Origin: Octopus vulgaris
Lineage: Eukaryota
Direction of reading: 5' to 3'
Assembly: GCA_951406725.2 (NCBI GenBank)
Contig: OX597828.1
Location: 36,022,001 to 36,086,000 of the forward strand
Length of the DNA stretch: 64,000 nt
Shown here: positions 1 to 12,199 of the stretch, one piece after another
How positions within the stretch are numbered: position 1 is the first letter of the stretch
How the letters are laid out: the number at the start of each line of letters is the position of its first letter
The notes under the pieces: generated by a model
Database searches by the model: none
Told to the model about the DNA's origin: nothing
Seen by the model: only the letters and a program-made list of their open reading frames with translations
Position numbers and translations under genes: made by a program

Positions 1-156
1 CATGTGTGTGTATACGAAATTAATCTGTGTAAAAACCAATAAAAAGAGTACTCCATCTAATGAGAGGAGTCTAATATTACTATAAATGATGAACGTACTT
101 ACGTACGCGAAACTATTAGTAGCGCTTATAATGCATGTAGTATGAAGCATTTATAG

Positions 157-216
<60 letters not shown>

Positions 217-378
217 TATTATATATATACTTATATATATGTATATGTATGTGTATATACACTTATATATATATATGTATATATATATATATACATATTC
301 TTGTGCATGTGTACTTTGTTTCATATTTATGTTTGCATTTTATATCTTCATTTTATATCTTCATAATTGTACTTTATA

Positions 379-510
379 ATCTCTGACGAGGCCTTGCGAT
401 ATATATATATATATAAGTAACTCATTTTTAACTGCATATTACCTCTATATATCTGACTAATATAGTCATAATGAGATACCCTTATCTACAGGCTGAAACA
501 GCTGTAAGAT
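379..510 (+). ncRNA. Type I hammerhead-like motif with long stem II insertion (Penelope-like remnant)
   Basis: ATCT-CTGACGA-GGCCT...AGGCT-GAAAC-AGCT-GTA-AGAT; palindromic stem III, GUA triplet. Confidence 0.55.
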
Positions 511-689
511 CCATTTTATATGTATTATTTTCATGGTATTATCTTACTTATAAATGTATATTGTTTTATTCTGTTTTACTCTGTTGGATTTGGATGTTCC
601 TATTTAATTAGTCAAAAAATTATATGAATTGGTATTATCTGTAAGTTGATGATTGTGAGGAATCTATTCCACCATTTTCTTATTTTGTG

Positions 690-756
<67 letters not shown>

Positions 757-1455
757 CTCCTTTTCACAATTACCCTCAACCAAATCTACTCACAAAGCTT
801 TTGGTCGGCCTGAGACTATACTAGAAGACACTTGCCCAAGGTGCTACACTGTGGGACTGAACTCGGAAATGTGTGGTTGGGACGCAAACTTCTGACCACG
901 CAGTTATTTATTTATTCATTTTCGGGTAATTATCCCACAAATCCATTTAGCGTTTCCCTGATAATCCGTGGCAAGTACTGCTCGCCCAATACATGATTTA
1001 TTAGAACTGCTTGCATTTGTCCACATGATCACGGTTTTTCGGCTGTACACCACTTCTGCAGGTTATTTCCCGTCCAATGCTTGATGAAGTAAAGAATGAT
1101 TTCAGAATAGATGCCCGACTCTTTCTCAACAAACAAATAATTTTCATAGGAAGCTTTTCGAATTCCTTGTTTGAAGGGCTGAACAAATTACCCCGCTTCA
1201 TCATTTGAGACAAGAGGAAAAGCACGATCTCAAATGCCGAATGCACATCTGTCTGCAAAACTGCTCAAATTTAAATGAAGTGACTTAAATCCTATTGTTG
1301 GTTATCACTGTTTTAAACAGTCATAAAAAAGGCGAAAATTTGCTGGAGTATTGTCATTTGCTGTTGTTGATGTCGGGGATGCAACATACGGAAATTGCGA
1401 AGATGAATCGATAACAATAAACCACATTTTATCGTAAAATGATATGGCACAATCG

Positions 1456-1800
1456 ATACATACATACATACAAACATCATACATACATACATACATACAC
1501 GCACACGCACACACATACTTACATACATACATCATACATACATACATACACACACGCACACATACATACATACATACACGCACACACACACAGATACATA
1601 CATACATACATACACACACACATATATACATACATCATACATACATTCATACACGCACACACACATACATACATACATACATACATACATACATACATAC
1701 ATACACGCGCACACACACATATATACATCATACATACATACATACATACATACATACATACATACATACATACATACATACATACATAGACACATACACG
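1456..1800. repeat. Compound (TACA)n/(CA)n microsatellite
   Basis: Direct reading; source of several spurious ORFs. Confidence 0.95.
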
Positions 1801-1806
1801 TGTGTG

Positions 1807-1906
1807 TATGATAAATGGCCAAAAACATCTGAACCATAGCCGCGAATACACACACACATACACACATTCGTTGCTATGGTCCAGATGTTTTTGGCCATTT
1901 ACCATA
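1807..1906. mobile_element. Small MITE-like foldback
   Basis: About 41-bp inverted arms (tatgataaatggccaaaaacatctg.../...cagatgtttttggccatttaccata) around a CA spacer, with TA at both ends. Confidence 0.6.
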
Positions 1907-2253
1907 TTTTTTTTTCATCAGATGCTTTTCTTTTCTTTTTTTTTTTGGCATCTAATTTTGCTATTCTATCTGTATCAAACTGCAGGACATGACTCTACCG
2001 TCGCATCTACATTAAACTATATTTTTTTCAACCGATAACATATCAACGACTCATTATTTGTTGTATTCGAGCTATTCTACAATTGCCTTTATGCTGCTGA
2101 GCCAAAATTTTTCTTTTTATAATAACTTGGAAACAATTAGTCTAGGAAACAAATTTTGACTGCAGAATTAGTAAATTTCCATGATATGTTGCGTCACGTT
2201 CGTTTTTTTTTTCCTCCAACGATCTGTTATATGTCCGTCTTCTTTATTTGATA

Positions 2254-2680
2254 CTAGCAGTATCGCCCGGCGTTGCTCGGGTTTGTAAGGGAAATAACTA
2301 TATAAGCATTTTTAGAGAGTTATAGCCAAAAAATAGCAAAACAATGCATTAAAAATGGAAAAAAAATGATGGTAATTTTAAATCGTTGACTCATCGTAGA
2401 CATTTTTAGAGAGTTACTTCCCTTATATAATAGCGAAAAATGCATTAAAATGGAAAAAAATGATGGTAAATTTTTTTTTAAATCGTAGACTCGTCGTAGA
2501 CTCGTCGTAGACTCGTCGTAGACTCGTCGTAGACGCGCGCTAATACCCAGAAGGGCTCGATATGAATCACGACTATAAGATACCCGCTTTTGGTTAAACT
2601 GCACCGCCAAATGTGGGAGTAGTTAGGAATCTAAATCGTAGGAGCCAGACACCACACAACCTCACTTTTATATATAAAGA
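2254..2680 (-). mobile_element. Complete non-autonomous Helitron
   Basis: Minus strand starts TC, ends CTAG, has GC hairpin CCCGAGCAACGCCGGG near the 3' end, sits between A and T with no TSD; internal 11-mer tandem (tcgtagactcg). Confidence 0.85.
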
Positions 2681-3216
2681 TTTTCCGGTCTCCCCTTATT
2701 GACGAACTATCTCATTCGAATAATATCGATTGTTTGTAATTGATTTGAGTTTTTTTTTTTTTTTTTTTTGTCAGTAGTGGTTGTGTGAGTGGGTGTTGGC
2801 GGTTATATGGTAAGTAGTATTTCGTCAAGATTTTCAATGGTTTTGAGGTATTTCGATTCCAGATTATAAATGCTGTTTATGACTTTCGTCGAAATCGTGA
2901 TAGAGCTACATCAGTGGCCTCCAGATAAGCAATCAGTATTTTTGTGTTGCTGTAAAGCTTCATACCGTGCGCTGTATATTTGTATTGTAGAGGGTTTTTG
3001 CTCAGATTAGAAGCACATCGCTCTCAGGTCTCCAGTTTAAAACTACGGCCAAATTACATTTCAGTAAAAAGCACAACCAACTCTGCGAACTTAATTGCCC
3101 TAAAAGACTTTTATTATATTCATCTGCTATGGCATACGGATATATAACTGCAAGAGGTAAATCATGTTTTTTAAAACATACAGTTAGATATTTCTGGGAG
3201 ATTAGGACAAACTGAC

Positions 3217-3277
<61 letters not shown>

Positions 3278-4454
3278 ATAAATTTGTGCATGTGTGTGTG
3301 TATTTGTGTTTGTTCTCGCCACCGCTTGACAACCGGTGTTAGTATGTTTACGTCCCTGTAAATATAGCGGTTCGGCAAAAGTGATCGATAGAATAAGTAA
3401 TAATCTTTAAACAAGTCCTAGGGTCGATTTCTTCGACTAAAATCCTTTAAGGGGATGCTCCAGCATGGCTGCAGTCAAATGACCTAAACAAGTAAAAGAT
3501 AAAAGTGACACGAACGCGAAAAGGTTCCCCGATGACTCAACCAACATTTATCTCCATGAATTCCTGCAACTATAAAGAGAATTATCTACCTTGAATATTG
3601 TAAGGGCGATAACTCTTCAAAACTTTTATTATTTCCCTTAGATAAAGCTATTTGTTACGTTTTTCCTATGATGATAAATTTTTCGCCATCAAGAATATAA
3701 ATTAAAATATGAATTCGTAACTAAGTGCAAACTTTGTGCTGCATCCTACCTAACATTTAAGAACCACAATATATATTTACATACTTGCATTAATATTTCT
3801 TTAAGAGCTGAAGCTGTTCGTTGTTCCTTTTTTTATTTTTTTCAGACTACTGTTTATCACACTAACAATAAGAACATTAAGATTAGAAATAACAGCCAAA
3901 TCTCCCTCCATATCATATCCTATTGTCTTACAAAAATAAACAGGATATATTCATTGGAGACTATAAGCCATGCATAGACTGCTTCTCAATGGACATCAGA
4001 GTGATTGTGGGCTGGAAGAGTCTGCTGAATCTTGGAACTTGGTCTCTGACTAAACAACAACAACAACAACAACAACAACAGCAGCAACAACAGTACAGCA
4101 ACCCTGCTGTACTCTTTCACCACAACTTTCTCTCACTCTTTCTTCCTACTTCTGCTGCAAAGCAGAGGAACCATGGTGTAAACCCACTATGGTGTGGTAA
4201 ACTGTCAGACCCTAGTATAGATTGCGAATCCTCTGTATCCCAGGATGGTTCAGCTCTCCACCCGTTAAAAGCCACCGTTTACGGAATGAGGATAACAACG
4301 TAGCTTTCGCGCCCGTGCAACTGCCAGTCTATTGCGTGTGGTGGGTGGATCTTCAAGTTGCCACATGCATTCTTTGTAGCTTAGAGTAGACTCAAATTAG
4401 AGATTATTCTTTGTGGCTAATGGCACGAGTCCTGATTGGAAGAAGAAGAAGAAG

Positions 4455-4485
<31 letters not shown>

Positions 4486-5112
4486 ATGATAGAAACAAGA
4501 ACAAGAAGAGCAACACCAACAGTAACAACAACAATAACGCTTGTACAACTACTGGAACAGCAATAACAGCAACTAATTTTTCCATCTAAGACCAAATCCC
4601 TGTTTCAAAGGGAAACAAAAAAAAAAAATGAGATTTTAAAACAGCAACATAAATTGTATATGAGAAACTTTCTTTTATTTAGACATGGTTGCTCCATGTT
4701 ATTATGTATTACAAATATCATTTATTTATTTTTTTGTTTATCTATTTTAGTTGCTTTTTCTGGGGCAATTCCTGAGATAACAAAATAAATCAGTTGCTGG
4801 AAATTTTATGATCAGATGTATCCATCAATGGGTCAAACAATTCTATTGATTTTTACCCTTTTTGAAGCCATATTACTAATGAAATAAATTTTATACAAAC
4901 TGAATATGGAAATATATTAACAGTATGTATCACTTAATTTTGAAAAACAATCAAGAGTTTATTAAAATTTAATATAACAACATTGTTTTTTGTTTTTTCT
5001 TACTGATTATCTAATATTTGGAACTCATCTTAACAAAATGTTCAGAAATTAAATTGTAATAAAAAAATTTAATTTAAATATGATTACTTTAACCCTTCAG
5101 CATTTATAATAG

Positions 5113-5426
5113 CCATCTCAATATGGCTAACCACAAAGTGGGGTGTTACTGTAGCTTTTTACGTTCTGAGATTTAATAATACATTTTTAGAGAGTTACTT
5201 CCCTTATATAATAGCAACAAAATGCATTAAAAATGGGAAAAAATGATGGTAAATTTTTTTTAAATCGTAGACTCATTGTAGACGCACGCTAATACCCAGA
5301 AGGGCTCGATATGAATCACGACTATAAGATACCCGCTTTTGGTTACACTGTACCGCAAAATGTGGGAGTAGTTAGGAATCTAAATCGTAGGAGACAGACA
5401 CACAACTTGACTTTTATATATAAAGA
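5113..5426 (-). mobile_element. Second Helitron copy of the same family, 3' end missing
   Basis: Near-identical to about 2400-2680 including the TC 5' end; no CTAG or hairpin end seen. Confidence 0.75.
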
Positions 5427-5591
5427 TATATATATTTGTTAAAGAGGACAACAAACACTAAAGCAAGACATAGATTAGAAAAATTTTTCTAATAATAATA
5501 ATAATAATAATGTATATGATTTGAGATGTTTGTCGAATGACTGAAACAAGTAAAAGATAACTGGTAATCATGTAATGTATGCATAAGTATG

Positions 5592-5632
<41 letters not shown>

Positions 5633-6873
5633 TGTGTATAATGATGCAGCTATCCTTTATTGTGCAACCAAAGTGTTTTGAAAATCCCAAAGAGGATTCA
5701 ATGCATATGAGACAGGGTGTGAGTGTGTATGTATTTAAGTTGGTAGGAACATATGAATGGGGTAATGTTTGGATTTGCAAATGGAGAAAAATACTCTACA
5801 GACTTTGTAAAGTTTGCATATATTGATAGAAGCTGGAGCTTCTTGAATCTTTACTCCGAGTTTCACATTTCCAATTCTTCAAATGATTTCAGAAGGGATG
5901 TAGCAAACAGCAAGACAGTATCTTTTTTTTTTTTTTTTTTATCTAATACATGTTTCAGCTATTAGACTGTGGCCATGCTGTGGCACCACCTTGAAGAATA
6001 TTTTTAGTCAAACGAATCAACCCCAGTACATACTTCTTTAATGCCTGCTCCTATTTCCATCAGTCTCTTTTGCTTAACTGCTAAGTAATGGGTATGTAAA
6101 CAAACCAACTATGGTTGCCAAGGGGTGATGAGGAGCAAACACAGAGACAAAGTATTTCAAGAAATGTATTCATATATACACTGAAACATAATAGTAAGTC
6201 ATGGAGTTTAAAGAATGATTTTATTAGCAATTGTAAAATCAATTGGTCTATTAGCACATATATATATATACCTTACATTAATGTCTCAGTGAGGTGCACC
6301 ATCTTATAGCATTTTCCAATTTTTGATAAAATGTCAGAATTGGTGCACTTTTGCAGACACTTCCATTGATTTTTATTGATGAATTTCCAACTGTTAAAAA
6401 AATTATTTCCCCGCATAATTGACTTACTTTACTTTGGAAGACAGTTGTATATTGAGAAAATAACATTCCATCATTTGTCAACACTGAAACTGCAATAACA
6501 ATATTTTTCTTTCTTGGCTTTGGTGTGATTTACACATATGATACTAAAGACATGAAAATATCTTGATATTTTCTTTTGCAAGTGTATAGATTCATAGATT
6601 AATGGTGGTGGTGGTGGTTGTAACAGTAGTGGGGGCAGAGGCACAGTGATGGTTGGTGAAAGAGCTGGTGTATTAGTATTAATGTTAGTGATGATATATA
6701 TATATATACAACAGGCTTCTTTCAGTTTCTGTCTACCAAATCCACTCACAAGGCTTTGGTCAGCCTGGGGCTATAGTAAAAGACACTTGCCCAAGGTATA
6801 ATGCAGTGGGACTGAACCTGGAACCATGTAGCTGGTAAGCAAACTTCTTACCACACAGCATAATATATCCATG

Positions 6874-6916
<43 letters not shown>

Positions 6917-7232
6917 TATATCATCGTCATCATCATCATCATTTAACGTCATATACACCCACATACATATAGATAATATTGTGTAGATAGGGTAGAATCC
7001 TCGCTGTGTACACTTGAAGCTTGTCCCTTTCAGCATGTAGTTGTTGGTGTCATTGCTATATTGATATGAGGTACCTATTATAGAGTTGGAAATTCTGGAA
7101 ATATTCTCACATGTTTTTTTTTTTTTTACATGTGCGACTTTATGATTCCTACTAGCAAATGAAACATATGTAATGGTGAATAAATAACAGCAAGAAAATG
7201 TTCCAACTTCCTATTTGGTTACATATGTGTAC

Positions 7233-7288
<56 letters not shown>

Positions 7289-7607
7289 ATAAAATACAAA
7301 ATGGGACGAGAATGCAAAACATCTGGACAACTAGGTGATACAAAAAGGGACAACAAACATCCAGATAGAGGATACAAAAAAACAAGGACGGGTCATTCAA
7401 AGATTTTTATCTTCAGTCAAGAACCGGATCATCCTCGCAACTTCAGCTGATTAATCTTGAGATTACTCCAATCTGGCCATCCCCAAGGAAAACCTAAGCT
7501 AAGAGCATTAGATTCCTTGGAAAAAAAGCATCAAATATATACGAAAACATGGACAGAAAAACAGACAATGTTGCATGAATATAAATACAAAATACAATAA
7601 AAATAAT

Positions 7608-7645
<38 letters not shown>

Positions 7646-7725
7646 TAATAATGATGATGAACGACTCGTAAACTTGTGTCTGACTCATACACTCTCTGCA
7701 ACTTTGCGTAGGCCTCTGAGCAGGT

Positions 7726-7917
7726 GTCGCCATGACAACTTTCTCGGTTATAGTCGAAGTGATGATCACACACTGCACACCTTCCTTCCAAGCACTGCTG
7801 TAAATAGTAGAAGTGAGCTAGAATGTTAAAACTTAGTGCACATGTACAGCAAAGTTCAAGGTCAATCTGTGCCAAGCAGCTTCACTCTGCATGCTTTAGC
7901 TTCGTTGCTATGGTAAC
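7726..7917. promoter_or_regulatory. Pair of RFX X-box motifs
   Basis: GTCGCCATGACAAC (7726-7739) and GTTGCTATGGTAAC (7904-7917) in non-repetitive sequence. Confidence 0.5.
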
Positions 7918-7958
7918 AGTCTAGATACTTATTGATCAGACCTCGTATATATATATAC

Positions 7959-8017
<59 letters not shown>

Positions 8018-8024
8018 TATATAC

Positions 8025-8070
<46 letters not shown>

Positions 8071-8747
8071 CTAGTCAGGCCATAACCCATGGCCCCTACC
8101 TGGGACGTAGTCAGTCCACCTGTGCATACCTTCCTTCTTGTGACACTTGTGAAGACCTGTTGAGGCAAGTGAAAATCAAAACAAATCAAAATAGATGAAC
8201 ATCAATGGAATTTGTATCTTTGTGGTACCAGTGCCGGTGGCACGTGGCACACAAGAAAACCATCCGAACGTGGCCGTAGCCAGTACCGCATCGACTGGCC
8301 TCCGTGCTGTGGGCACGTAACAAGCACCATCCGATCGTGGCCGTTTGCCAGCCTCATCTGGCACCTGTGTCGGTGGCACATAAAAACACCATCCGAGCGT
8401 GGCCGTCTGCCAGCCTCGTCTGGCACCTGTGTCGGTGGCACATAAAAACACCATCCGAGCGTGGCCGCCTGTCAGCCTCGTCTGGCACCTGTGTCGGTGG
8501 CACATAAAAAACACCATCTGAGCGTGGCCGTTTGCCAGCCTCGTCTGGCACCTGTGTCGGTGGCACATAAAATCACCCACTACACTCTCGGAGTGGTTGG
8601 TGTTAGGAAGGGCATCCAGCTGTAGAAACACTGCCAGATCTGACTGGACTGGACTGGTGCAGCTCGGGCTCCCAGACCCCAGTTGAACCGTCCAACCCAT
8701 GCTAGCATGGAAAGCGGACGTTAAATGATGATGATGATGATGATGAT
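8071..8747 (+). mobile_element. RTE-LINE 3' UTR-derived repeat with about 60-bp internal units
   Basis: Same 3' end (ggaagggcatccagctgtagaaa...aacccatgc...(gat)n tail) as the RTE ORF-bearing copy at 61725-62275. Confidence 0.8.
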
Positions 8748-8841
8748 ATATATATATATATACATACATATATATATACATATATATATATACATACATA
8801 TATATATATACATATATATATATATACATATATATATATTC

Positions 8842-8872
<31 letters not shown>

Positions 8873-8880
8873 CATATATA

Positions 8881-9925
8881 TCATCATCATCATCATCATC
8901 ATTTAGCGTCCGTTTTCCATGCTAGCATGGGTTGGACGGTTCAACTGGGGTCTGGGGAGCCCGAAGGCTGCACCAGGCCAGTCAGATCTGGCAGTGTTTC
9001 TACAGCTGGATGCCCTTCCTAACGCCAACCACTCCGAGAGTGTAGTGGGTGATTTTATGTGCCACCGACACAGGTGCCAGACGAGGCTGGCGAACGGCCA
9101 CGCTCGGATGGTGTTTTTATGTGCCACCGACACAGGTGCCAGACGAGGCTGGCAGACGGCCACGCTCGGATGGTGTTTTTATGTGCCACCGACACAGGTG
9201 CCAGATGAGGCTGGCGGACGGCCACGATCGGATGGTGTTTGTTACGTCCCCAAAGCACGGAGGCCAGTCTATGCGGTACTGGCTACGGCCACGTTCGGAT
9301 GATTTTCTTGTGTGCCACCGGCACTGGTACCACAAAGATACAAATTCCATTGATGTTCATCTATTTTGATTTGTTTTGATTTGATTTGATTTGATTTTCA
9401 CTTGCCTCAACAGGTCTTCACAAGTGTCACAAGAAGGAAGGTATGCACAGGTGGACTGACTACGTCCCAGGTAGGGGCCACGGGTTATGGCCTGACTAGT
9501 CTTGCCGGGTCTTCGGATGGTGTTTTTATGTGCCACCGACACAGGTGCCAGATGAGGCTGGCGAACGGCCACGATCGGATGGTGTTTGTTGCGTGCCCAC
9601 AGCACGGAGGCCAGTCGATGCGGTACTGGCTACGGCCACGTTCGGATGGTTTTCTTGTGTGCCACCGGCACTGGTACCACAAGATACAAATTCCATTGAT
9701 GTTCATCTATTTTGATTTGATTTGATTTGATTTTCACTTGCCTCAACAGGTCTTCACAAGTGTCACAAGAAGGAAGGTATGCACAGGTGGACTGACTACG
9801 TCCCAAGTAGGGGCCATGGGTTATGGCCTGACTAGTCTTGCCGGGTCTTCGGTTGGTGTTTTTATGTGCCACCGACACAGGTGCCAGATGAGGCTGGCGG
9901 ACGGCCACGATCGGATGGTGTTTGT
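8881..9925 (-). mobile_element. Same RTE-derived repeat, inverted, with internal tandem duplication of about 335 bp
   Basis: Reverse complement of 8071-8747; the ggtcttcacaag...cctgactagtcttgccggg block occurs twice. Confidence 0.8.
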
Positions 9926-9950
9926 TATATATACATATATATATATATAC

Positions 9951-10028
<78 letters not shown>

Positions 10029-10548
10029 ACTCATAAATTCTTTGTATTATAGGCACAGAGCCTGATATTTTGGAGGAAGTCAGTTTCATCAACCCCAGTA
10101 CACAACTGGTACTTATTTTATTGATCCCAAAAGGATGAAATGGTAGGTCAACCTCAGCAGAATTTGAACTCAGAATGTGAAGCCAGAAAAATTGCCGCTA
10201 AGCATTTTATCTGGCATCCTAATGAGTCTGCCAACTCACCACCTTTACATAATATATAATATTATGTTTGAGAGATGGGAGATACAATTCTTCCAGCTTC
10301 TATTTCTCTCATTAACCAAATGCCCAATGAACACTGTGAAAGAAAATGTGCTTTTCCAGTAAACTACCAGGTCTGTGCCATACAACTTATTAACTAATGA
10401 TATATTTACATAGGAAATTTAAGAGATTTTGACATGTGCTATTTAGGGCTGTATAAAAGGTTTCAAGGCTAAAGAATTAGAAAATGTGAAAGTTGAATAG
10501 TAGTTGAAGACTTTGTAAATGTTGATACGAGTTATTAGTGTATTGCTT

Positions 10549-10845
10549 GTTCCTTCTTGAGCCAACCCTGGCTCATAAGGGCTAGTTTCCTGGTTTCCTT
10601 GGTGTATAGGTTCCCAACCTGGACAGGACACCGGTCCGTCACAGGTGAGCTGCAAGATGCAGGAGGAAAAAGTGAGAGAAAGTTGTGGTGAAAGAATCAG
10701 CAGAAGTTTGCCATTACCTTCTGACGGAGCCGCGTAGAGCTTAGGTGTTTCGCTCATAAAAACTCACATTGCCCGGTCTGAGATTTGAACCTGCGATCCC
10801 TCAACCGCGAGTCCGCTGCTCTAACCACTAGGCCATGTGCCTCCA
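10549..10845 (-). mobile_element. tRNA-headed SINE family B
   Basis: Head ggaggcacatggcctagtggttagagcagcggactcgcgg with A/B boxes; related copies at 11268-11601(+), 31715-32056(-), 33566-33884(-), 45225-45511(+), 57303-57580(-), 59580-59851(-). Confidence 0.8.
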
Positions 10846-11834
10846 CGTTATTAGTGTATACACACAAATATTTTATCATACACACATTCTTGAGCAACTT
10901 ATACACGCACAGACACATCTTCATGCATACATACTATATATGTATGTGTTTTATTCCTGAGGAGATTCAAAGATTGAAACTCCACTCAAATTGTTAGCTG
11001 TTATTTATTTTGTTACATTTCACACTTTGTATATTGAGTACTTCATAACCATGTTGCATGTTTGGACATTAATTCAAAGAAGTTATCACATTCATTAGAC
11101 ATATAAACATAAACGTTCATATTAGTATATTTATATGTGACTTTTGACTCACCAAACATAGTAGAGGAGTCTGATATCCATATTACTGCAAACTAGCATG
11201 AAACCATGGTACAAAACAGGTGCAGTGTGTGTGTGTATACATATACATACATATATATATATATATGTGAAGGCGCATGGCTCAGTGGTTAGAGCATCAA
11301 GCTTATGATCGTGAGGTTGTAGGTTCGAATCCCAGACCGGGCTGCATATTGTGTTCTTGAGCAAGACACTTTATTTCATGTTGCTCCAGTTAACTCAGCT
11401 GTAGAAATGAGTTGCGACGTCACAGGTACCAAGCTGTATCTGCTGTTACCTTTCCCTTGGATAACACTGGTGGCATGGAGAGAAGAGGCTGGTATGCATG
11501 GGCGACTACTGGTCTTCCATAAACAACCTTGCCCAGACTTGTGCCTGGGAGGGTAACTTTCTAGGTGCCATCCTACGGTCAGTCATAACCAAAGGAGGTC
11601 TCAATATATATATATACACACACATTAATCAAGAATCTCATAAATCCATTTTCTTCCTCTTTCTCTCATATGTTATAAACTCTACAGACGAGAAAATCCC
11701 TTAAGTAAATCCAATGGGATTTATGTCCATACAGTTGATGACATCAGGTAGCCGAATACTGTCAACTGGCTTTAAATGGCACACTATAAGATGCATGTCC
11801 AAATTTAAAATTATTACTGACATACATATATGTA

Positions 11835-12122
11835 TAAACATTTAATGCATCACTACGTGTGTTTCCACAAACCACATCTCTTAAGATCGTAGTTCCTATT
11901 CCTGAGATATGCAGTTTGTGGAAATACATGTAGCGATGCATTAAATGTTTATAAATTCCATCCAAGGATTATTGTTATTATATTTATCCTACATTATATT
12001 GGTACAGCTCAATGCAACCCCCAAAACCTGGTTCACCCATCAGCATCACTAGACTGTGACCAATATAATGGAATAGGAGCTTTATTTGCATATTCAAAAC
12101 GTTTCCTGTAAACAAATTCAAA
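11835..12122. repeat. Unclassified interspersed repeat; second copy at 54898-55167
   Basis: Shared blocks catttaatgcat..., attcctgagat, gactgtgacc...tgcatattcaaaacgtttcc. Confidence 0.65.

Positions 12123-12199
<77 letters not shown>

Larger units (their letters stand above)
940..3190 (-). mobile_element. Heavily decayed Ty3/Gypsy pol relic (RNase H and integrase), broken by later insertions
   Basis: Frameshifted motifs in order: FGRSFKLET, KNTDCLS, HKGNCRIARIQQ...VESCPA (zinc-binding region), IDCAISFYDKMWFIVIDSSSQFPYVA, TVITNN..VTSFKFEQFC, SNDEAG*FVQPFKQGIRKA. Confidence 0.7.

Noticed and set aside
75-162. Hammerhead-like motif ATGATGA...GAAAC-TATTA-GTA
   Set aside because: Core C missing and stem I disrupted; counted only as a decayed remnant.
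1439-1905. ORFs rich in YI, HT, CV or poly-I/N here and throughout the window
   Set aside because: Translations of microsatellites with no splice or domain support.
7270-7600. Repeat-like segment, possibly another Penelope-type terminal repeat
   Set aside because: No second copy in the window and no clean ribozyme core.
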